Assembly: GCA_049319825.1 (NCBI GenBank)
Contig: JBMORT010000006.1
Coordinates: 16,012 to 80,011, forward strand
Origin: Patescibacteria group bacterium
GTDB taxonomy: Bacteria; Patescibacteriota; Patescibacteriia; UBA11705; DATKZF01
Direction of reading: 5' to 3'
Length of the DNA stretch: 64,000 nucleotides
Shown here one piece after another: positions 58,087 to 64,000 of the stretch. The notes beneath the pieces were generated by a model, which saw only the letters and a program-made list of their open reading frames with translations, had not been told where the DNA came from and did not search any database. The position numbers and the translations under genes were made by a program. Every line of letters starts with the position of its first letter. Positions within the stretch are counted from its first letter, which is position 1.

Positions 58087-58160
58087 GCCTTCGCCCTGAG
58101 CGAGTCGAAGGGCAATGGCCTGTCCGCCGAAGCGACTGCGTAGGCGGGCTGGCAGGCCAG
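58087..58160. repeat. REP-like palindromes downstream of tRNA-Ala
   Basis: GCCTTCG.CCTGAGCGAGTCGAAGGGC and GGCCTGTCCGCC..GGCGGGCTGGCAGGCC. Confidence 0.6.
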
Positions 58161-58225
58161 CGCATTTTTAAGCCCATTAAAATTATAAATTGTTTCATGA
58201 TCCATGCTACATGTTATATGAAAAG

Positions 58226-58312
58226 GCCGGAGTGGTGAAATTGGTATACACGCAGCGTTCAGGTCGCTGTGAGCGCAAGCTCATGGAGGTTCGAGTCCTC
58301 TCTCCGGCACCA
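58226..58312 (+). tRNA. tRNA-Leu(CAG)
   Basis: Long variable arm, anticodon arm CAGCG-TTCAGGT-CGCTG, CCA. Confidence 0.97.
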
Positions 58313-58513
58313 GCCTTCGCGCCAGCGAAGCCTGTCGTTCGTAGCTTTAGGGAAGAACGACCGAATTAAAAAAAGACTCATTTGAGTTTTGTTTTTTTTT
58401 GGGAACAAATTCAATACTTTTATCAAATAACTTTGCGGTGGCCACTCACTTGATTTGTCTGGGGAATTGTGATAAAAATGAAAGTCGGAAAATGAAGGAA
58501 AAAGGAGGCTGAC

Positions 58514-59902
58514 ATGGGAGACATGGGACGGAGCGCTGGCAAGCAAAATTTACGTTCGAGAAAGTTCAAGAAAAGCCAGCGCAGGATAAGGCTGGAATTG
58601 CTTCAGCGGCACTTCATGAACATGAGGTTTACTGCTAGAGAGCTTTTTGAAGTTGCTGAAGGCGAATTTAAAGCGCTGCCTAACGTTGGTCAATTCCTGG
58701 CAGAGGAACTCGTCAAGGGCACGGTCAGGCAACCTGAGGCAGGGCTGTTTGTGCTCGTGTCTGCCGCCGCCGAGTTCGAAGCCATGGATGCTTCGGCTAA
58801 TGGCGGGCGGCATTATCAGGATCCCGGTGTCCGCCGGGTCATTGACGAAGAAGATTCCAGGAACGCGTTGAAAGAGTTTTTCCTGCTTCTTTCATCCGCA
58901 GAAAGAGCTTTTACGATCAGAGAGCTGCAGGCAAGTGGCCAATTTTTTCGGCAGTACACCGTCTCAGCCATTGGTGACTGGCTGGTTAAGCGTAATGAAA
59001 TCGAAAGACTGGGCAACGGATCTTACCGGCTGACTCGGAGCGGTCGCAAAGCCTGGGCAAAGTACATCACCAAAATCAATGCCGAGCCCGCAGGAACTGC
59101 TATCGGAGAGCCGGCGGCAATGCCGGAGACAGTCGCCATCACTGTGGCACAGCCGGAGACGCGGCCAGCAGCCTCGCCAGAAACGGTCGAACTTCCGGCG
59201 GTCACTTCTTTGCCTATTTTGACCGGTCCCAGAAAGCTTGTCTGGACAGACAGACCGGAAAATCAGGACAAGATACTTTTAGCCATGGCTAGAGTGGCCG
59301 AGAAAAGGCAAAGCTATATTCAGCTCGGAATCCCCGCGCCGAATCTGAGCGGCAGCGCGGGCTGGCGATGCCTGTTTGATTTTTTGTCAGCGCCGGATCG
59401 TCCCAGTTATAAGGCTGTTTGCATCGGCTATCGAAAGCTCGAGGCTCGGGGAATGCTTGAATATATTGATAAAAACACCCTGAAGCGTTGGCTGATCACC
59501 GAAGCTGGCTGGAAGCTGATTAAATCCTTCCGTGAAAAAGCAGAGCCTGAGCCGGTTGAAACAAAAGCTACTGAAGTGCAGACAGAGCCGGTCACTGAAA
59601 AAGAAGTTGAAGCCGAGCCGGCCGCTCCAGAGCCGCCCGTCTCGAGAGATTTCGACATTTCGCTGCCGCCCACTTCTGCAGTGGTCTCGGCTAGCATCAA
59701 GTCGCTGCAAAAGCATCGCGACGCAGCGCTTGAATCGCTCCGGGCCGCGCAAGAAAATCTGGATGCCGCACTGCTGGCCGAAGGAGCTCATTGCGCGACA
59801 AGCATTGTGGACTCTTTGAAAAAGATTGGCTTTCACAGAAATATGCGCCTGTTGTCTCTTCTTCTGGCGCTGGAAATTGACAAAGACCGAAACGCTGAGT
59901 AA
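58514..59902 (+). CDS. Hypothetical protein with tandem winged-HTH-like segments
   Basis: Patterns FT.REL..G.Y.LT..G and L..RG.L..W.IT.AG; Pro/Glu linkers; AAGGAGG SD. Confidence 0.65.
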   Translation: MGDMGRSAGKQNLRSRKFKKSQRRIRLELLQRHFMNMRFTARELFEVAEGEFKALPNVGQFLAEELVKGTVRQPEAGLFVLVSAAAEFEAMDASANGGRHYQDPGVRRVIDEEDSRNALKEFFLLLSSAERAFTIRELQASGQFFRQYTVSAIGDWLVKRNEIERLGNGSYRLTRSGRKAWAKYITKINAEPAGTAIGEPAAMPETVAITVAQPETRPAASPETVELPAVTSLPILTGPRKLVWTDRPENQDKILLAMARVAEKRQSYIQLGIPAPNLSGSAGWRCLFDFLSAPDRPSYKAVCIGYRKLEARGMLEYIDKNTLKRWLITEAGWKLIKSFREKAEPEPVETKATEVQTEPVTEKEVEAEPAAPEPPVSRDFDISLPPTSAVVSASIKSLQKHRDAALESLRAAQENLDAALLAEGAHCATSIVDSLKKIGFHRNMRLLSLLLALEIDKDRNAE

Positions 59903-60031
59903 TATCTCGGTGTTTTTTTAATGTTGTGCCCGCGATTCATTGAAAAAATATGTCGATTATAGTTTTTTACTTGACATTATCCGTTAATAAGATAAAATAA
60001 AGCGTTCCGGCAACCAGGAAGGGGTAACGAG

Positions 60032-60445
60032 ATGGAACCAGACATGATGATAGTCAGCAATGAAAACGATTCCTCGGTCAAAGCGATTATTAAAGCCCGG
60101 CGGTTGATCGATCGACACGCCCGGGCGATTTTGCGGAACAATCCTTCTTGGGAAGATTTAAAATTCGTGATCGAGTACGCCGGACAATATCAAGTCAAGG
60201 CCGCAAGAATTGCCATGAAAAAATTTCCGGATAATTACGAAGTGCTTCGGTTTATTATTCTGCGGGTACCGGAGCTGAAAGATCGCTGCGGCCGCATATT
60301 GCTTGCTTGGCCGTCGCTTTGCACTATCGGACACAAATTGATTTTAAAACACGTGCCCAACCTGCGAAAGCAGGCCGCACGCGGATTAAGACAATTTCAG
60401 CTGACCGGTCTGGATCGGCAGGCGGTTGATCGCTACGATATTTAA
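60032..60445 (+). CDS. Hypothetical protein with short helical repeats
   Basis: Repeated L.FII..VP.L motifs; promoter at 59971-59998; purine-rich SD. Confidence 0.65.
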   Translation: MEPDMMIVSNENDSSVKAIIKARRLIDRHARAILRNNPSWEDLKFVIEYAGQYQVKAARIAMKKFPDNYEVLRFIILRVPELKDRCGRILLAWPSLCTIGHKLILKHVPNLRKQAARGLRQFQLTGLDRQAVDRYDI

Positions 60446-60452
60446 TTTGAAA

Positions 60453-60475
60453 AAGCACTGAAAAATTCAGTGCTT
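60453..60475. terminator. Bidirectional hairpin between convergent genes
   Basis: AAGCACTGAA-AAA-TTCAGTGCTT. Confidence 0.6.
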
Positions 60476-60502
60476 ATTTTATTGTGTTCATTGGAATTCA
60501 AA

Positions 60503-60670
60503 TTACGCTTTGTTCATTCGGCTCAAGCATTTGGTGCAAATTTTTATGCGCTTGCCGCCGATTTTTTTGGTTTGAAGATTCGGCAGCTGCCTGGTTTTGG
60601 TAATTTGCATCGAATGGCTTCTTTTTATCATCACTTTCGGCCCTTTGCCGCATATTTCGCAGGATTTCAT
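60503..60670 (-). CDS. rpmB: 50S ribosomal protein L28 (not in the ORF track)
   Basis: Manual translation MKSCEICGKGPKVMIKRSHSMQITKTRQLPNLQ..KICTKCL. Confidence 0.92.
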   Translation of the reverse strand: MKSCEICGKGPKVMIKRSHSMQITKTRQLPNLQTKKIGGKRIKICTKCLSRMNKA

Positions 60671-60805
60671 ATATTATGATATGGTTAGTAGTTAAACATC
60701 GGTCATTGGGGAATAGATTTTTCCCAATTATTATGGAATAATGATACGTGACTTTGTAAATAAATTATGGAAAAATTTTAGCACATATGATAAAATAAAG
60801 CAAGT

Positions 60806-61447
60806 ATGATGTTATCATTATTATTCCAACAACCAATATTATTCATTGCCTGGGCCGCGGCCATCATTATCGGCATTACCATCCACGAATTCAGCCATGC
60901 TCTAGCCGGAGTCTGGCAGGGAGATCCAACGGCCAAAGTCAGCGGTCGGCTAACTTTAAATCCGTTGGCCCATTTGAGCGGCGTCGGTTTTATCATGCTG
61001 CTGTTAGTGGGGTTTGGTTGGGGAAAGCCGGTTCCATTTAATCCGTATAATTTGAAAAGCAAGCGCTGGGGGCCGTCAATCATCTCCCTGGCCGGTCCGG
61101 CTTCAAATTTAATCATGGCGGTGTCGGCCGGCGGCATATTGAAGACGCTGGTGACATACACCGATTTGCCATCAGAAAATTTATTATTGCAATTCTTAAA
61201 TTTATTGGTAATAATAAGCTTGGTATTGATGATATTCAATTTGATTCCGATCCCGCCGCTTGACGGCTCAAAGGTCTTGTTTTCCGTTCTCGATGCGCCC
61301 AAATACAGCCACTTTAAAACATGGCTGTCGGTTAAAGGGCCGTTAGTGCTGGTTTCCGTCATATTTTTAGACTATTTGTTCAATGTCAACTTGTTCGGTG
61401 GCCTTTTTCAGCTGATTATCAACAGTGTCTATAAATTCATTTATTAA
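60806..61447 (+). CDS. Site-2 protease (M50) family
   Basis: HEFSH, LAGP, FNLIPIPPLDG. Confidence 0.92.
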   Translation: MMLSLLFQQPILFIAWAAAIIIGITIHEFSHALAGVWQGDPTAKVSGRLTLNPLAHLSGVGFIMLLLVGFGWGKPVPFNPYNLKSKRWGPSIISLAGPASNLIMAVSAGGILKTLVTYTDLPSENLLLQFLNLLVIISLVLMIFNLIPIPPLDGSKVLFSVLDAPKYSHFKTWLSVKGPLVLVSVIFLDYLFNVNLFGGLFQLIINSVYKFIY

Positions 61448-61454
61448 TAAAATT

Positions 61455-61757
61455 ATGGTGGAAAAATTTGAAAGTGAAAACATCGATTTAGCGGCTCTGC
61501 TTGACGCTTACATCGCCCGGTATGTAAAAGGGGAAGTCAGTCAGGAAAGATTAGCCGAGCTGAAAGCCAAATGGCAGGAAGCGGCCAAACTGACTTTGGC
61601 TGAACTTGAAGCGAAAAAAGTGATCGACTTGGAGCTGGTCAAAATGGTTAAATTCATCAATCAGTCAGACAGACCATCCGCGCCCAGGCCGGCTGGTGCC
61701 GCCGCGCTCGAGGTGCCGGGAGAATTTTCGGTATCACCAAAGAAAAAAGCTGCCTAG
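61455..61757 (+). CDS. Hypothetical protein
   Basis: ORF from ATG 61455, immediately after the protease gene. Confidence 0.6.
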   Translation: MVEKFESENIDLAALLDAYIARYVKGEVSQERLAELKAKWQEAAKLTLAELEAKKVIDLELVKMVKFINQSDRPSAPRPAGAAALEVPGEFSVSPKKKAA

Positions 61758-61772
61758 GTTTAGGTAGCTTTA

Positions 61773-62084
61773 TCAACACTCACTGACTTTGGCCATGTTT
61801 AGGCATTGAGTGATGCCTAAAGTGGTATGCTCGAGCACCGTCAGTTTGATTTGGTTGTTGTCGAGCTGGAGCAGCTGGTATGTAAAGAATCCCAGCCGCC
61901 ACTCCCAGGACCGAAAGTACAAATGAAGCGGATATTCCGCGGTATGGTAAATGATCAGCTCGGCTAGGCGCCGGTCGTTAATGTCCGTCAATTTTTCAAG
62001 TAAATATTCAAATTGGCGCTCTGCGGACAGCCGATTGAGTCGATGTAGCCGGGCAATCAGCTGTCGTTTTTTTTCCTGATCCAT
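61773..62084 (-). CDS. Hypothetical protein
   Basis: GGGGAGG SD; TTGACA-17-TAAACT promoter at 62123-62151. Confidence 0.6.
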   Translation of the reverse strand: MDQEKKRQLIARLHRLNRLSAERQFEYLLEKLTDINDRRLAELIIYHTAEYPLHLYFRSWEWRLGFFTYQLLQLDNNQIKLTVLEHTTLGITQCLNMAKVSEC

Positions 62085-62325
62085 GCCTCCCCCTGTCCAG
62101 CAGCTGTTTTAGGGATTATGCAAGTTTAAGCATAAATGAAATTTTTGTCAAGGTTTGGGGACAATTTACCAAAGCATGCTTGACGTTGAAGAATAATAAT
62201 GCTAAAGTCTGGTTAGATATTTTATTTAGTAATGGAGTAATTGTTACTCTGTTTTTTATACAACTCGATGCAAATATGCTCCTGGGCATTGCTCCGGGCA
62301 GGTATATTAACATCGACATATTCGT

Positions 62326-62745
62326 ATGGCGAGAATTAGTCAATTAGTAAAAAAGAAAAAAAGGCTGACCAAAGCAAAAAAGTCGAAGACCCCGGCGCTG
62401 CAGACAGTCTTTAATACGTTGCGACGAAAGAGAACCATCTTATCGGAGGGATCTCCTTTTAAGCGTGGCGTATGCTTGAAAGTAACCACCATGACGCCGA
62501 AAAAGCCAAACTCGGCTCTGCGAAAAATCGCTCGTGTCCGTTTATCCAACGGCAACGAAGTAACCGCGTATATTCCGGGCGAGGGGCATAATCTTCAGGA
62601 GCACTCGATCGTCCTGTTGCGCGGCGGCAGAGTTAAAGATCTGCCGGGTGTTCGCTATCACGTCGTTCGCGGAGTTTACGATACGGTCGGCGTGGACGGT
62701 CGCAAGCAAAGCCGTTCGAAATATGGAGCTAAAGTAGGAAAATAA
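62326..62745 (+). CDS. rpsL: 30S ribosomal protein S12
   Basis: [24 protein letters not shown]. Confidence 0.98.
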   Translation: MARISQLVKKKKRLTKAKKSKTPALQTVFNTLRRKRTILSEGSPFKRGVCLKVTTMTPKKPNSALRKIARVRLSNGNEVTAYIPGEGHNLQEHSIVLLRGGRVKDLPGVRYHVVRGVYDTVGVDGRKQSRSKYGAKVGK

Positions 62746-62761
62746 TATATCCCTTAATTTC

Positions 62762-62791
62762 TCCGCCAAGGGCGGATCCGCCTCCGGCGGA
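62762..62791. repeat. REP-like double palindrome between rpsL and rpsG
   Basis: TCCGCCAAGGGCGGATCCGCCTCCGGCGGA. Confidence 0.65.
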
Positions 62792-62821
62792 TAATTTCCA
62801 ATTCCCATTTTCCCAATTTAT

Positions 62822-63313
62822 ATGAGAGGCAAAAAAGCACCAAAGAGAAAACTTAAACCAGATGCCAAACACGGCAATATTCACGTGGCTAAATTTATCA
62901 ATTATATCATGAAAGCCGGCAAGAAATCAGTGGCCGAATCCGTTGTCTACGGCAGTTTTGAAATTATTGATCAATCTATAAAAAAGGGGCAGGTCGGTAA
63001 AGAATTCAAAACCTCGCTTGATGTTTTTGAGACGGCCATAAAGAATATCATGCCGCAGATAGAAGTTAGAGGAAAAAGAATCGGCGGCGGCAATTATCAA
63101 ATTCCGTATCCCGTGCGCGGCGATCGTAAATATTCGCTGGCTTTTCGCTGGATAATCGAAGCGGCGAAAAATAAAAAAGGCAAATCGATGGCTGAAAAAT
63201 TAGCCAATGAATATATCGCCGCCATTAAAAACGAAGGCGACGCCATCAAAAAGAAAAATGACGTGCAGAAAATGGCCGAGGCCAATCGAGCTTTTGCACA
63301 TTTCGCCCGTTAA
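62822..63313 (+). CDS. rpsG: 30S ribosomal protein S7
   Basis: GKKS.A, RIGG.NYQIP, MAEANRAFAHF. Confidence 0.97.
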   Translation: MRGKKAPKRKLKPDAKHGNIHVAKFINYIMKAGKKSVAESVVYGSFEIIDQSIKKGQVGKEFKTSLDVFETAIKNIMPQIEVRGKRIGGGNYQIPYPVRGDRKYSLAFRWIIEAAKNKKGKSMAEKLANEYIAAIKNEGDAIKKKNDVQKMAEANRAFAHFAR

Positions 63314-63459
63314 CGCGGACTGCCGCGGATTTGTTGCGGTCGTCCTCGCCCGTTTCATTGTTTGCCTGTTTGAAATTTACCTCTCCACCAATTTATTGAT
63401 CCGGAAAAATTTCCGCTATTAATTAAATTTTTCCTTTTTTATTTTATTTTTACTCTTTT

Positions 63460-64000
63460 ATGCCCAGAGAATATTCTTTAGAAAAAACCAAAAATATCGG
63501 AATTATCGCTCACATTGATGCCGGAAAAACCACGGTCACCGAGCGAATTTTATTTTACACCGGAAAAAAACATAAAATCGGTGAAGTTCATGAGGGGGAA
63601 GCGGAAATGGATTGGATGGATCAGGAAAGAGAGCGCGGTATCACCATCACTTCCGCGGCCACCACATGTTTTTGGAAGAATGTCAGAATCAACATCATCG
63701 ACACTCCTGGACACGTTGATTTTACCGCCGAAGTCGAACGCTCGCTCCGCGTTTTGGATGGCGGCGTTGTCGTTTTCGATGGCGTGGCCGGCGTGGAGCC
63801 GCAATCGGAAACCGTATGGCATCAAGCTGATAAATATAAGGTGCCACGATTGGCGTTCATCAATAAAATGGATCGCATGGGCGCGGATTTTGATGCTGAC
63901 GTCCGATCCATTCATGAAAGATTGACAAAAAGCGCTTTCCCGATTCAGCTGCCGATCGGCGCGGCCGAAACTTTTAAAGGCATCATCGATTTATTCGATA
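63460..64000 (+). CDS. fusA: Elongation factor G (5' part; runs off the window)
   Basis: Manual translation [43 protein letters not shown]. Confidence 0.97.
   Translation, partial: MPREYSLEKTKNIGIIAHIDAGKTTVTERILFYTGKKHKIGEVHEGEAEMDWMDQERERGITITSAATTCFWKNVRINIIDTPGHVDFTAEVERSLRVLDGGVVVFDGVAGVEPQSETVWHQADKYKVPRLAFINKMDRMGADFDADVRSIHERLTKSAFPIQLPIGAAETFKGIIDLFD

Noticed and set aside
60470-60679. 69-aa plus-strand ORF
   Set aside because: Antisense to rpmB (60503-60670)
63515-63925. 136-aa ORF in the track
   Set aside because: Out-of-frame overlap of fusA, which starts at 63460 and runs past the window end

Overview
This is bacterial chromosomal DNA. The gene set, short SD-less leaders, giant surface protein and abundant small palindromes suggest a Patescibacteria/CPR (Parcubacteria-like) genome; this is inference, not a database match. 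Housekeeping genes include ileS, a U32-family protein, ruvA, a FemABX enzyme, split comEC, ndk, uvrB/uvrA/uvrC, rdgB, tspO, a class II photolyase, rpmB and rpsL-rpsG-fusA (partial), plus three tRNAs and a 6S-like RNA. They are interleaved with many self-contained orphan cassettes, each with its own sigma70-like promoter and a strong SD. Main highlights: (1) Positions 1-2180 hold a csx3 (Crn3-like ring nuclease) + P-loop ATPase operon with no CRISPR array in this window. It is packed with structured non-coding elements: a terminator-bearing 240-nt leader, a tandem pair of covarying three-helix motifs, an aberrant tRNA-like RNA and a duplicated hairpin repeat. (2) A WxL/DUF916-like surface cluster ends in a 5008-aa modular adhesin with near-identical DNA connectors, a perfect 510-bp duplication and two internal autoproteolytic chaperone-like domains. 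(3) A RAYT-like HUH transposase carries an internal palindrome and an in-frame TGA, and REP-like palindromes are inserted in frame into the U32 gene. All family calls are by motif recognition only; no searches were run.
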